The position numbers and the translations under genes were made by a program. Shown one piece after another: positions 9,393 through 18,904 of a DNA stretch of 64,000 bases. Source of the stretch: an uncultured Verrucomicrobiae bacterium (GTDB lineage: Bacteria; Verrucomicrobiota; Verrucomicrobiia; Opitutales; JABDGR01); NCBI GenBank assembly GCA_963765205.1, contig CAVXVB010000009.1, positions 530,590 through 594,589 on the forward strand, in the 5' to 3' direction. Below the pieces are notes generated by a model. It made no database searches. It was not told the DNA's origin and saw only the letters and a program-made list of their open reading frames with translations. The first letter of the stretch is position 1, and each line of letters starts with the position of its first letter.

Positions 9393-9581
9393 AGTAATTA
9401 CCTCCATTGAAGATGAATTGAACACCCAATATTCATCAGGTTTCATGCCAGGGATAATTTATGGATAAGTCTTTCATTGTGAATCAGTAAGCAAATATGA
9501 AAAATGCGAGATATGAGACAATATGACTCACACATTGGGTCGGGAAAAACCGGTTGCGTCCCATGAGCGTCTGGTTTGGCA

Positions 9582-9869
9582 TCAGAGCCTGGGTTTGAGC
9601 ACCACCACGGTTGCGCCCCAGCCGCCAGTAGTTTCATCGCCTAGGCGGAAGGAAACAACGACGGGCAAACGACGCAGGTGGGCGTGAACCAATTCACGCA
9701 AGGTGCCGATGCCCTTGCCATGCACGATGCGGACTTCGCGCCAGACGCGCGCGCGGCTTTCCTCCAAAAATGCTTCGAGTACTTGAGCCGCCTCGGATGG
9801 CCGAAAGGTGTGCAAGTCCAGCATGCCTTTGATGGGCAACGGATGTGGTTGTTCGCCTGCGCCGGACAT
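9582..9869 (-). CDS. Smr-domain protein
   Basis: LDLHTFRPSEA..VRIVHGKGIGTLRELV..GGWGATVVVL is an Smr signature. The internal ATG at 9869 avoids overlap with the kinase gene. Confidence 0.75.
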   Translation of the reverse strand: MSGAGEQPHPLPIKGMLDLHTFRPSEAAQVLEAFLEESRARVWREVRIVHGKGIGTLRELVHAHLRRLPVVVSFRLGDETTGGWGATVVVLKPRL

Positions 9870-9974
9870 GGAGATGGATGCTGCCACCCGGCCGCGCACA
9901 CGCCAAACCCAAAGTGGTTCCGGGGCTGAGTTTTCCCGCTCGAAACCGGACCCGGCTTTGGCTAGGGTGCTCCG

Positions 9975-11858
9975 GTGTTTTACAACTTGAGAGGCAATCA
10001 AAATAAGAGGCGTTGGCTGGGCGTGGCGTGGTTATTGTATTGCTCCGGTCTGGCGTGGGGCGCGGAGGCGCCGCCGCTGGACCACGTCACACTCCAGCTC
10101 AAATGGAAGAACCAGTTTCAATTTGCCGGCTATTACGCGGCGATTGCGCAGGGTTATTACAAAGACGCGGGCTTGGAGGTCACCTTGCACGAAGCGGAGC
10201 CGGGGCAGGATGCGGTGAAAGAAGTTCTGGCCGGGCGGGCGAATTTCGGGGTCGGCACCTCGGAGCTTTTGCTTTTGCGCCAGCGCGGCCAGCCCGTGGT
10301 GGTGCTGGCGGCGATTTTCCAGCACTCGCCGCTGGTGCTGCTGACCCGCGCGGGCAGCGGGGTCAAGGACATCCAGGATGTGCTTAACAAGCCGATCATG
10401 ATTGAGCCGGATTCGGCGGAATTGTATGCCTATTTCAAAAACGAAGGCGTGGACCCGGCCAAGCTCACAGTGGTGCCGCACACGTTTGACATCGCCGACC
10501 TGCTGTCGGGGAAAGTGGCGGCGATGTCCGCCTACTCGACGGACGAGCCATTCCGCCTGACGCAAGCGGGCGTGACGCCGATAGTGTTCACTCCGCGCGA
10601 AGGCGGGATTGATTTTTACGGCGACAATCTGTTCACGACCGAGCAGGAATTGCGCGATCATCCTGACCGGGTGCGCGCCTTTCTCAGCGCCAGTCTCAAA
10701 GGCTGGCAGTATGCGATGGATCATCCGGAGGAAATTGTGAACCTCATCCTGCGCGACTATAACACGCAGGCCAAAACGCGCGACCAACTGCTCTTCGAGG
10801 CGCGCGAAACCGCCGACTTGATGCATCCGGAACTCATCGAAGTTGGCCACATGAACCCCGGCCGTTGGCAGCACATGGCGGAGACCTACGCTGATTTCGG
10901 GATGTTGCCCCATGATTTTCCCCTCGCCGGTTTTCTCTACGACCCAAACTCCAAGCCCAATTACGCGCCGCTTTACTGGACGCTCGGCATCGTCTCCGCG
11001 ATTGCGCTGGCGGCGTTGCTGTGGGTGTTGCCGCTTTATCGGCTCAACCTGCGTCTGCGGGAGAACATCGCGCGCGAGCACGCCTTGCAGGGCGAGTTGC
11101 GCCAGGCCAAGGAGGCGGCCAAGGCGGCCGACGCGGCCAAGAGCCGCTACCTTGCCGTTATGTCCCACGAAGTGCGCACGCCGCTCAGCGGCCTCATCAG
11201 CCTGACGGAAATTTTGCAGGAGGAGGAGAACCCCGCCGAACGGGGGCAAATGCTCGCCATCATGCGCCGCACGGGGGAGGAAATGCTCAAGCTGATCACG
11301 GATATTCTGGATTTTTCCAAAATTGAGGCGGGCGGCGTGACGCTGGAACAAAACCAGATGGATTTGGCGCCATTGCTCGAAGACCTGCACCGGCTTTTTT
11401 CCGCGTCCGCCCGGGAAAAGTCCCTTGACTTTACCGTGCATGTCGCGCCGGAAACCCCGCCGGTGATCGTCACCGATGTGCGGCGCTTGCGGCAAATTCT
11501 AAGCAACCTCCTCGCCAACGCGGTCAAATTCACGGAGGCTGGCGGCGTCACGTTTGAAGTAAGCGCGCGGCCGGAGCCGGGCGGCGCCGATGCGCCCGCC
11601 CGCTGGCGCTGGCATTTTGTAGTGCGGGACACCGGCTTGGGTCTTGCGCCCGAGCAGGCCGCGGCGTTGTTCAAGCCCTACAGCCAGGCCCATGCGGATA
11701 TTGCACGCCGTTTTGGCGGCACTGGCCTCGGCTTGGCTATTTCGCACCAATTGGCCCAATTGCTCGGGGGCGAGTTGACCTTGGCGGAAAGCAAGCCCGG
11801 CGCCGGCTCGACTTTTGTATTGGAGATAGTCACGCCCGCGGACGACGAACTGAAATGA
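9975..11858 (+). CDS. sensor histidine kinase with periplasmic NMT1/SsuA-like solute-binding domain
   Basis: Signal/TM segment, then LQLKWKNQFQFAGYYAAIAQGYYKDAGLEV (SBP-like), a second TM, the H-box SHEVRTPLSG, the N-box LLANAVKFT, and G-boxes DTGLGL and GGTGLGL. Confidence 0.9.
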   Translation: MFYNLRGNQNKRRWLGVAWLLYCSGLAWGAEAPPLDHVTLQLKWKNQFQFAGYYAAIAQGYYKDAGLEVTLHEAEPGQDAVKEVLAGRANFGVGTSELLLLRQRGQPVVVLAAIFQHSPLVLLTRAGSGVKDIQDVLNKPIMIEPDSAELYAYFKNEGVDPAKLTVVPHTFDIADLLSGKVAAMSAYSTDEPFRLTQAGVTPIVFTPREGGIDFYGDNLFTTEQELRDHPDRVRAFLSASLKGWQYAMDHPEEIVNLILRDYNTQAKTRDQLLFEARETADLMHPELIEVGHMNPGRWQHMAETYADFGMLPHDFPLAGFLYDPNSKPNYAPLYWTLGIVSAIALAALLWVLPLYRLNLRLRENIAREHALQGELRQAKEAAKAADAAKSRYLAVMSHEVRTPLSGLISLTEILQEEENPAERGQMLAIMRRTGEEMLKLITDILDFSKIEAGGVTLEQNQMDLAPLLEDLHRLFSASAREKSLDFTVHVAPETPPVIVTDVRRLRQILSNLLANAVKFTEAGGVTFEVSARPEPGGADAPARWRWHFVVRDTGLGLAPEQAAALFKPYSQAHADIARRFGGTGLGLAISHQLAQLLGGELTLAESKPGAGSTFVLEIVTPADDELK

Positions 11859-13078
11859 TTGCGTCGGGTTGGGAGTCGAGTCAGCCTTCAGCCATGAGGC
11901 TTTCCTCGATTTTGCACCATAAGGGAAGCCTTGGCGTGCGCGCCACCACGCCAGCGTTGACGGCGGATAATTTTCAATGGTTGCCGACCGGAGCGCGGGC
12001 GCTGGCCGAAATGCTGAAGGCCATTGCCGAGGCCGGCACCACCATCCGCCTGGAAATGTATACGATCGAGCCGGACCGGCTCGGCGAAAAATTCCGCGCC
12101 ACGCTGATCGCCGCCGCCGAACGCGGGGTGGCCGTGCGCGTGCTGGCCGACGGGGTCGGTTCCTATAATCTGGGTATGGAATTCTGGCGGCCGCTCATCG
12201 AGGTGGGTGGGGAATTCCGCCATTTCAAGGTGCCGGGGCTGGGGCGCTTCGGTTTGCGCGACCACCGCAAGCTCATGGTCTGCGATGATTATCGGGCCAT
12301 TGTCGGCGGCGTTAACATTGGCCCGGACTATGACGGCGACGGAGTGGACTCGGGGTGGCGCGACTTGGCGGTGCAATTTTATGGCTCGATGGCGCGGGAA
12401 TTGGGCGCGGGGTTTGATGAAATGTTTGCGCTGGCCGGATTCAAGCGGCCGCGCTTTGGCTGGCTGCGCCACGCCGTCCGCCAGCGCCGCATCCAGGCGG
12501 GCCATGCGACGGTGCTGCTGACCGCGCCTGGCTGGCGGCGCAACCCGCTCGTCCATTCGATTATGCACGATTTTCAGCAAGCGCAGAGCATCCGCATCAT
12601 GATGGCCTATTTTTTGCCGACCGGCCCCCTGCTGCGCGCGCTGCGGGGCGCGGCGCGCCGCGGGGCGAAAGTGCAGATCATCCTCGCCGAGCATTCGGAC
12701 ATGCCGCTGACGCGCATGGCCGCGCGCAGCCTGTATTACCGGCTGCTCAAGTCGGGCGTGGAAATTTACGAATACCTGCCGCAAATCCTCCATGCGAAAC
12801 TCATGATCGTGAACGGCCAGGTCGTTTACGCCGGTTCCGCCAACCTCGACGTGCGCGGCCTGCGCCTGAATTACGAACTCAGCCTGCGCGTGGAAAACAA
12901 GCAACTGGCCGAAGAGGCCGGAAAACTTTACGAGGCCGACCTGGCGCATTGCCAGCGCATCGAACTGGCGGAATGGATGAAAACCCGGCACTGGTGGCGG
13001 CGGCTGCTGGACCACTGCGCCTATTGGCTGCACGCCCATTTTGACCCCTTTGTCGCGAGCCATTCGTGGCGGCGGTGA
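11855..13078 (+). CDS. phospholipase D / cardiolipin synthase-like protein (two HKD motifs)
   Basis: HRKLMVCDD..GGVNI and HAKLMIVNGQVVYAGSANLD. The ATG overlaps the kinase stop (ATGA at 11855-11858). Confidence 0.85.
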   Translation: MIASGWESSQPSAMRLSSILHHKGSLGVRATTPALTADNFQWLPTGARALAEMLKAIAEAGTTIRLEMYTIEPDRLGEKFRATLIAAAERGVAVRVLADGVGSYNLGMEFWRPLIEVGGEFRHFKVPGLGRFGLRDHRKLMVCDDYRAIVGGVNIGPDYDGDGVDSGWRDLAVQFYGSMARELGAGFDEMFALAGFKRPRFGWLRHAVRQRRIQAGHATVLLTAPGWRRNPLVHSIMHDFQQAQSIRIMMAYFLPTGPLLRALRGAARRGAKVQIILAEHSDMPLTRMAARSLYYRLLKSGVEIYEYLPQILHAKLMIVNGQVVYAGSANLDVRGLRLNYELSLRVENKQLAEEAGKLYEADLAHCQRIELAEWMKTRHWWRRLLDHCAYWLHAHFDPFVASHSWRR

Positions 13079-13106
13079 GGGTCATTTCCCGCAAGCCAGC
13101 ATCCGC

Positions 13107-13127
13107 GGACGGCTCGGAGAGCCGTCC
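13107..13127 (+). terminator. GC hairpin with GGA triloop after the PLD gene (no U-tract)
   Basis: GGACGGCTC-GGA-GAGCCGTCC is a 9-bp perfect stem lying 29 nt after the stop. Confidence 0.35.
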
Positions 13128-13327
13128 CAAACTTGAATTTGCTGTTCAATTCGCGGCCCGAGCGGAGTCCTAATCATGGACGGTTCGACGTGCCCTGCAA
13201 CAGGCCGGTATTATAATCCCCGGGCGCTTTATACTGGGCCGGATGCTTTTAATTTGCCAAAATGCCCCTTGGTCTCTGATTATCACCTAACACCCCCTTC
13301 ACCATGCCTCCCACCCCGCCTTTTATT

Positions 13328-15220
13328 ATGAACATTGAGCAACTGATCACCTCCTATTGGTGGATGCCCGTGCTGGTGCTCATGCTGGTATTCCACAAGT
13401 TGATCCTGCGCGTCATCGGCGTGGTTATTGTGCCGCAGGACAGCATCGGCATCGTCAACAAGCGCTGGGTGCTCTTTGGCAAGAACCGCACGCTGCCCGA
13501 CGGCGCCATCATCGCCCTCAAGGGCGAGGCGGGACTCCAGGCCGACACGCTGGCGCCGGGCATCCACTTCTGGCTCTGGCCGTGGAAGTTTGAAATCACC
13601 CGCCAGAAGTTCATCAGCATTGACGAGGGCGAAATCGGCATTGTGGATTCGCGCGACGGCAAGCCGCTGTCGGGCGGGCGCGTGCTGGCCCGGCTTGTGC
13701 CGTGCGATTCGTTCCAAAACGCCCGCGCCTTCCTCACCAATGGCGGCGAACGCGGCCCGCAAGTGGGCATCATCCCGCCCGGCACCTACCGCATCAACAC
13801 GGGGCTTTTCACTATTACCGCCGAAAAGGTGCTCGAAATCCCCGACAACATGGTCGGCATCGTCACCACCAAGGAGGGCACGCCGCTGCGCACCGGCGAA
13901 ATCGCGGGCAAGGAAATCCCAGGCCACAATTCGTTCCAGGACGGCCAGACCTTTATTGACAACGGCGGCTTCAAGGGCCTGCAGGAGCAAGTCATGCTCG
14001 CGGGGCGCTACTTCCTCAACCCGCGCTTTGCCACGGTCGAAATTCGCAACATGACGGAGGTGCCCATCGCCTACGCCGGCGTGGTCATCGCCTATGTGGG
14101 CGAGCCGGGTGTGGATGTCACGGGCGATTCGTTCAAGCATGGCAATTTGGTGGACAAGGGCAAGAAAGGCGTATGGGTCGAGCCGTTGGACCCCGGCAAA
14201 TATCCGATTAATCCCTACACGCACAAAGTCGAAAACGTCCCCACCGCCAACGTCGTCCTTAATTGGGCCACCGGGAAATCGGAGGCGCACAAACTCGACG
14301 CCAACCTCTCGACCATCACGGTGCGCTCGTCGGACGGCTTTAAGTTCAATCTGGATGTGAGCCAGATCATCCACATTCCGCGCATTGACGCCCCGCGCGT
14401 CATCGCCCGGATGGGGAGCATGTTGAATCTTGTCACGCAGGTGCTCGAACCGACCATCGGCAACTATTTCCGCAACGCCGCCCAAGGCTCCGACGTCATT
14501 GACTTCCTCCGCATGCGCGCCGAGCGCCAGGCCGACGCCAAGAACCGCATCTCCGCCGCCCTCCAGGAATATAATGTCGGCGCGGTGGACACCCTCATCG
14601 GCGATATCACGCCGCCCGAGGAATTAATGAAGCCGTTGACCGACCGCAAAATCGCCGAGCAGGAAAAAGTCACCTACGAAACGCAACGCCTCGCGGAGCA
14701 AACCCGCAAGGAACTCCAGCAAGCCCGCGCGCTGGCCGACACCCAGGCGAAGGTTGTGGACGCCGAACGGCGCGTGCAAATCGCCGACTTCGACGCCCAG
14801 TCCACCGTCAAGCAATCGGAAGGCTCCGCGCGCTCGAAAATCATCAACGCCGAAGGCGACGCCAAGGCGAAGACGACCAACGCCGACGCCGACGCAAAAG
14901 TCCTGCAAATGGTCGGCGCGGCCGAAGCCAGCAAGACCAAGCTGGTCGGCACGGCGGAAGCGGATGTTATCAAGCTAAAGATCGAATCCATGCAGTCGGG
15001 CAACTACGCGGGCATCGAAATCGCAAAAGCCCTGGCCAGCAGCGGCCGGAAACTCGTGCCCGACATCGTCGCCACCAGCGGTGGTAACGGCGGCGGGCTG
15101 GCCGGCAACGGCTCCCTCGTCGAAGTCCTTCTCGCCAGCATTATCCGCGACCAGTTGCAAAAGAGGGCGGGGGAGGGGTCGGCACCCTCAAAGCCTGACG
15201 AGGATGCAGGGGATAAGTAG
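13328..15220 (+). CDS. SPFH/flotillin-family protein (YqiK-like)
   Basis: N-terminal TM, a band-7-like core, then a long A/E/K/Q-rich coiled-coil tail (AEQEKVTYETQRLAEQTRKELQQARALADTQAKV...). Confidence 0.85.
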   Translation: MNIEQLITSYWWMPVLVLMLVFHKLILRVIGVVIVPQDSIGIVNKRWVLFGKNRTLPDGAIIALKGEAGLQADTLAPGIHFWLWPWKFEITRQKFISIDEGEIGIVDSRDGKPLSGGRVLARLVPCDSFQNARAFLTNGGERGPQVGIIPPGTYRINTGLFTITAEKVLEIPDNMVGIVTTKEGTPLRTGEIAGKEIPGHNSFQDGQTFIDNGGFKGLQEQVMLAGRYFLNPRFATVEIRNMTEVPIAYAGVVIAYVGEPGVDVTGDSFKHGNLVDKGKKGVWVEPLDPGKYPINPYTHKVENVPTANVVLNWATGKSEAHKLDANLSTITVRSSDGFKFNLDVSQIIHIPRIDAPRVIARMGSMLNLVTQVLEPTIGNYFRNAAQGSDVIDFLRMRAERQADAKNRISAALQEYNVGAVDTLIGDITPPEELMKPLTDRKIAEQEKVTYETQRLAEQTRKELQQARALADTQAKVVDAERRVQIADFDAQSTVKQSEGSARSKIINAEGDAKAKTTNADADAKVLQMVGAAEASKTKLVGTAEADVIKLKIESMQSGNYAGIEIAKALASSGRKLVPDIVATSGGNGGGLAGNGSLVEVLLASIIRDQLQKRAGEGSAPSKPDEDAGDK

Positions 15221-15307
15221 TTTTTGATAGCGTATCGTTATCGGCCCATTTTTCGCATGGCCATCCGTCTATACAATAAAATGGAATGGATTCTAACTGT
15301 TTAATTT

Positions 15308-15466
15308 ATGTCTATCACGCTCAAACGTCAATTAAACGATGAAGAGAAAGCTATTGTGCTAAAGACACATGGCAGAAAATGTTTTGCCAATGGCCACACG
15401 ATTCCTGAAGGAGAGCCCCGGAATAAGCCCCTAGCTTTGAAGATTGTTCTTGCCAGACGCATATAA
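15308..15466 (+). pseudogene. 52-codon fragment, possibly the N-terminus of an HNH/zinc-finger nuclease
   Basis: MSITLKRQLNDEEKAIVLKTHGRKCFANGHTIPEGEP... lies in a locally AT-rich stretch. It is below the ORF-track cutoff and I translated it by hand. Confidence 0.3.
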
Positions 15467-15484
15467 TCCTATGCAGAATAGGTC

Positions 15485-15730
15485 GTGAACAAAGCAGACA
15501 AGTTGAAGGCGAGGCTGTTGGCCGGGCCAGGCTATCATAATTTTGCTTTTTCCGACGCCGTCTTGCTCCTAAACAGTCTTGGGTTTGCCTTCGACCATAT
15601 ACGGGGCGGCCACCACTGGTTCAAGCATCCACGCATTCCCCAGCCAGTCAATCTCCAGCCTATTCAGGGCCAATGCAAGCCTTACCAACTTCGCCAAATC
15701 CGTGACATCATCCGGGAGCATAACCTATGA
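15485..15730 (+). CDS. hicA: HicA-family toxin
   Basis: 81 aa with a GTG start. LLNSLGFAFDHIRGGHHWFKHP...CKPYQLRQIRDII is the HicA/YcfA pattern. Confidence 0.8.
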   Translation: MNKADKLKARLLAGPGYHNFAFSDAVLLLNSLGFAFDHIRGGHHWFKHPRIPQPVNLQPIQGQCKPYQLRQIRDIIREHNL

Positions 15731-16134
15731 AAACCCGCAAAAAATTCAAAACGCCTTCCGCCATCTACCCGGTGGTCATCGAATATAGCGCCGAGGACGA
15801 GGGTTTCGTCGCCCGTGTGCCGGCGCTCAAATACTGCTCGGCTTGGGGGGAGACCTACGAGCAGGCCGCCCATGAAATTGAGATCGCCATGGAGGGCTGG
15901 CTTGCATCCGCCAAGGTCCATGGCACGCCGATTCCCCCGCCCATCAAGAATGCCCAACTGAGCACCGCTGCCGAATTGCTTAACTTGACGGCCTTGGCCC
16001 GCGAGGCCGGCATTCCGGCGCAAACCTTGTTTGCCAAGCTGCGTCGGGGAACGACCTTGAAATCGGGCGAAGCCCTGGCCATCGCCCGGGCGCTTAATGA
16101 AGCGGGACTTCACCTCGTGGCCAAAGCAGGTTAA
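15727..16134 (+). CDS. hicB: HicB-family antitoxin with C-terminal HTH-like tail
   Basis: YPVVIEYSAEDEGFVARVPALKYCSAWGETYEQAAHEIEIAMEGWL. 4-nt overlap with hicA. Confidence 0.8.
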   Translation: MKTRKKFKTPSAIYPVVIEYSAEDEGFVARVPALKYCSAWGETYEQAAHEIEIAMEGWLASAKVHGTPIPPPIKNAQLSTAAELLNLTALAREAGIPAQTLFAKLRRGTTLKSGEALAIARALNEAGLHLVAKAG

Positions 16135-16151
16135 GGTGCGCCGCAAAAATG

Positions 16152-16246
16152 CACCGCCAAGACGCGAAGGGCGCGAAGGAATTAATTCTGACAATTCTGT
16201 AATTCTGGCAAAAAACTTTCTTGGCGCGCTTCGCGCCTTTGCGGTG
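16152..16246. repeat. long imperfect hairpin, arms built of CGCGAAGG-type units
   Basis: Left arm 16152-16178 pairs with right arm 16220-16246 at 23 of 27 positions. The 41-nt loop holds AATTCTG x3. It lies between convergent gene ends. Confidence 0.8.
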
Positions 16247-16257
16247 AATCATACCGC

Positions 16258-16680
16258 TCAGCGCCAGCCGCCGCGGATGAAGACGTTGACACCGTTGCGA
16301 TTCTCGTAGTGATGGGGCACCCAGACCGCGCCGGGACGCGGCGGGTAGGCCCAGCGCCCAGCCGCCCAAACCCAGCGGCCATTCCATTCCCACGCGCCGG
16401 GGATCCAGACATAGCCCACGGCGGGCGGGGCGGTGACTACCTCCACCAAGGGCGCGGGTGGGGCCGAATCAACGACGATTTCCGTTCCGACGGGATAGGC
16501 TGGTTGTTCCACCACGACAGGTGGCGGGGGCTGGCGCACGATCACCTCCCGGCGGGGATAGACCACGCAAGCGCCCAATAAAAGCGCGCCTGCCGCCGCC
16601 AGCAACGCAGGCCGTAGCGGGCGGGCGATTAAGGAAAGCTTTTTTGAGCGAGCGAGGAAAGAGGGTGATTGGGCATGCAT
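16258..16680 (-). CDS. YXWGXW-repeat lipoprotein
   Basis: Lipobox LLLGAC. C-terminus is VGYVWIPGAWEWNGRWVWAAGRWAYPPRPGAVWVPHHY. Confidence 0.7.
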   Translation of the reverse strand: MHAQSPSFLARSKKLSLIARPLRPALLAAAGALLLGACVVYPRREVIVRQPPPPVVVEQPAYPVGTEIVVDSAPPAPLVEVVTAPPAVGYVWIPGAWEWNGRWVWAAGRWAYPPRPGAVWVPHHYENRNGVNVFIRGGWR

Positions 16681-16860
16681 GGCGGGCCTCCGGATTTTAG
16701 GGTTTAAGGACAATCGCTGGTAACAACATAGAGACATCTGGCCACATTCGCAAGTTTCCTGGCGTCGCCAATGACAGATTAATTGGGCGTTTTTTACAGG
16801 GAATTCACAAACGAATTCGGACTGTTCGAGCTTTAATGTTTTCCAAAAGAAGTGGTCGGT

Positions 16861-18657
16861 TCACGCCGTCAGCCCGCTGCCGCTGATTTTGAAGCCATAG
16901 ACGTAGTTGCCGACTTTTTGGTCGGGGAGGGTAACATTCAAGCCTTTGGCATCGCGAGTGAAGACCAGCGGGGCGCCGACGCCGATGATTTCCACGCGCT
17001 CGACCTTGCCTGGCGCCGTCGGCGCGCCGTCGGCGAGGGATTTAATGACGAGCTTGCCGTCCGCCGGCCAGTCCATCACGAAGGCATAGAGCGTTTCACC
17101 TTTTTGCATAAAGCGGAAGTCCTGCGCCGTGTATGACGGCGGCGGGGTGTTGCCGCGGCGGCCGCCCACGCCGTTGCCGGCGGCGGGCGCACTGGAGCCT
17201 TCGCCAAAGACCCGCCAAGGGCGGGTGGCGTAAATGCCCTCGTTGTTCCGGTCCATCCAAGTGGTGAAGTCGGCGATGATGGCCAATTCGTCGGCGTCGG
17301 GCTGGCCATGGCCAGGCAGGGGGATGTTGAGCATGAGGTTGCCGTTCTTGCTCGCGTTGTCCACGAGCATGCGGGCGATGTCGCGCGCATTTTTGTAGTC
17401 GTGCTTGGTAAGGTGTTTGATGTCGTAATGCCAGGAACCAATACAAGTGTCCGTTTGCCAAGGCTCGGGGCGGATGGCATTGGCCCCACCGCGTTCAATG
17501 TCCATGACGAGGGCCTGGCTCTGTTGCAGATTCAGCCCTTTGCCCGTCAGCACGCAATCGAGGCGGCCTTTATTAAGCTTTAAATTGTGATTGTAGAAGT
17601 AGGCGGCGATGCGCAGGCCGATGTCCGACATGGGGTAATGGGGCAAGACCGTGTCGTCGAAATAGAGCAGATCCGGATTGTGCTTGTTGATGAGGTCAAT
17701 GATGCGATTAAAGAACTTTTCACTGAATTCTTTGGCCACTGGCGGGGTCGTTCCGCTGGCCGCGCCGCCTCTCCGGCCACCCTGCGGGCTGAGTTCCCAA
17801 TCGTAATTGCCGAGGGTGTGATACTGCGCGTAGTAATCCTGGGGGTCGAGACCTTCCCACCACAAACCCTTGCCGTCGGCCTTGGACATTTGGCCATCGT
17901 AGGGGACCCCTGCATAAGGGCCCATCGTGTCCCCCTTCTGGGAGTCCTCATACCAGCTCCAAGCCCGGTCGCCATGGCTGGAGATGGCGAATTTCAATCC
18001 CGCGGCACGCACGGCTTTTTCCCAGCCGCCCACCAGGCTCTTTTTCGGCCCGATGGCGATGGAGTTCCATGGCTGATAGGTGGAATCGAACATGTCGAAG
18101 TTGTCATGGTGGTGGGCCATGCACATGAAGTATTTGGCGCCGGCGCGTTTGTAGAGGCCGATGAGGTGTTCGGGGTCCCATTTTTCCGCCTTGAACAGCG
18201 GCAGGATGTCCTTGAACCCAAACTTGGAAGGGTGGCCATAGTGCTCGACGTGGAATTTATGGACCGGGTGGTTTTCCTGATAGATATACTGCGCATACCA
18301 GTCGCCCTGTTCGGGCACGCATTGCGGACCCCAATGCGCCCACATGCCGAATTTGGCGTCGCGAAACCAGTCGGGCGCGGATTTATAATTTTGGAGCGAA
18401 TCGAAATTCGGTTGAAAGGGCCCTTCCATCTCGCCAAAACCCGGGGGAGGCACAATCGGCGCCGGAGCGGGCGGCATGGGGCGTGGCACAACGGCCACGG
18501 GAGCGGCCGTGGCCGAGTCGGCGGCGGAGGCGGCAGCCGGAGCCGCGGTGGCGGCCGCATTGGCGGCGGAGAGTTTGGTCAAGAGGCGGGGAGCGGCCAG
18601 GCTGGCAGCGGCTGCGAGGGTGGTTTGCTGAATGAATTTGCGACGATGGAGGGACAT
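16861..18657 (-). CDS. alpha-L-fucosidase (GH29) with Tat-type signal
   Basis: MSLHRRKFIQQTTLAAAA (twin-arginine signal). WFRDAKFGMWAHWGP and YFMCMAHHHDNFDMFDS are GH29 hallmarks. ATG at 18657 chosen. Confidence 0.9.
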   Translation of the reverse strand: MSLHRRKFIQQTTLAAAASLAAPRLLTKLSAANAAATAAPAAASAADSATAAPVAVVPRPMPPAPAPIVPPPGFGEMEGPFQPNFDSLQNYKSAPDWFRDAKFGMWAHWGPQCVPEQGDWYAQYIYQENHPVHKFHVEHYGHPSKFGFKDILPLFKAEKWDPEHLIGLYKRAGAKYFMCMAHHHDNFDMFDSTYQPWNSIAIGPKKSLVGGWEKAVRAAGLKFAISSHGDRAWSWYEDSQKGDTMGPYAGVPYDGQMSKADGKGLWWEGLDPQDYYAQYHTLGNYDWELSPQGGRRGGAASGTTPPVAKEFSEKFFNRIIDLINKHNPDLLYFDDTVLPHYPMSDIGLRIAAYFYNHNLKLNKGRLDCVLTGKGLNLQQSQALVMDIERGGANAIRPEPWQTDTCIGSWHYDIKHLTKHDYKNARDIARMLVDNASKNGNLMLNIPLPGHGQPDADELAIIADFTTWMDRNNEGIYATRPWRVFGEGSSAPAAGNGVGGRRGNTPPPSYTAQDFRFMQKGETLYAFVMDWPADGKLVIKSLADGAPTAPGKVERVEIIGVGAPLVFTRDAKGLNVTLPDQKVGNYVYGFKISGSGLTA

Positions 18658-18689
18658 GGGGGTAGGGGTGGGGGGTGGGGGGATGGGGG
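18658..18689 (+). repeat. G-tract cluster (G5, G4, G6, G6, G5)
   Basis: GGGGGTAGGGGTGGGGGGTGGGGGGATGGGGG abuts the fucosidase start codon. On the mRNA strand it is C-rich. Confidence 0.8.
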
Positions 18690-18904
18690 AATAAACTGGG
18701 TTAAAAATGAGACGGAAGTTTGCAAGTTTCAAATGGAAAAACGAACCACGGTAGCCCGCGCGAAAGATGGCAGGCGTGGGACGCGATCGTGGCAGTATGA
18801 TGATCACAAGAAGAACGACAGGAAGTAATCCAAAAAAGGTTTGCCAATTGACCCCACCCGCAACCCTCACCAATCTCAAAGAACAAAATTTGCTCCGTTT
18901 GGAG

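Noticed and set aside
9432-9452. Sigma-54 promoter upstream of the Hsp20 gene (minus strand, TGGCATGAAACCTGA).
   Set aside because: Only the -24 GG is present. The -12 reads CTGA rather than TTGC.
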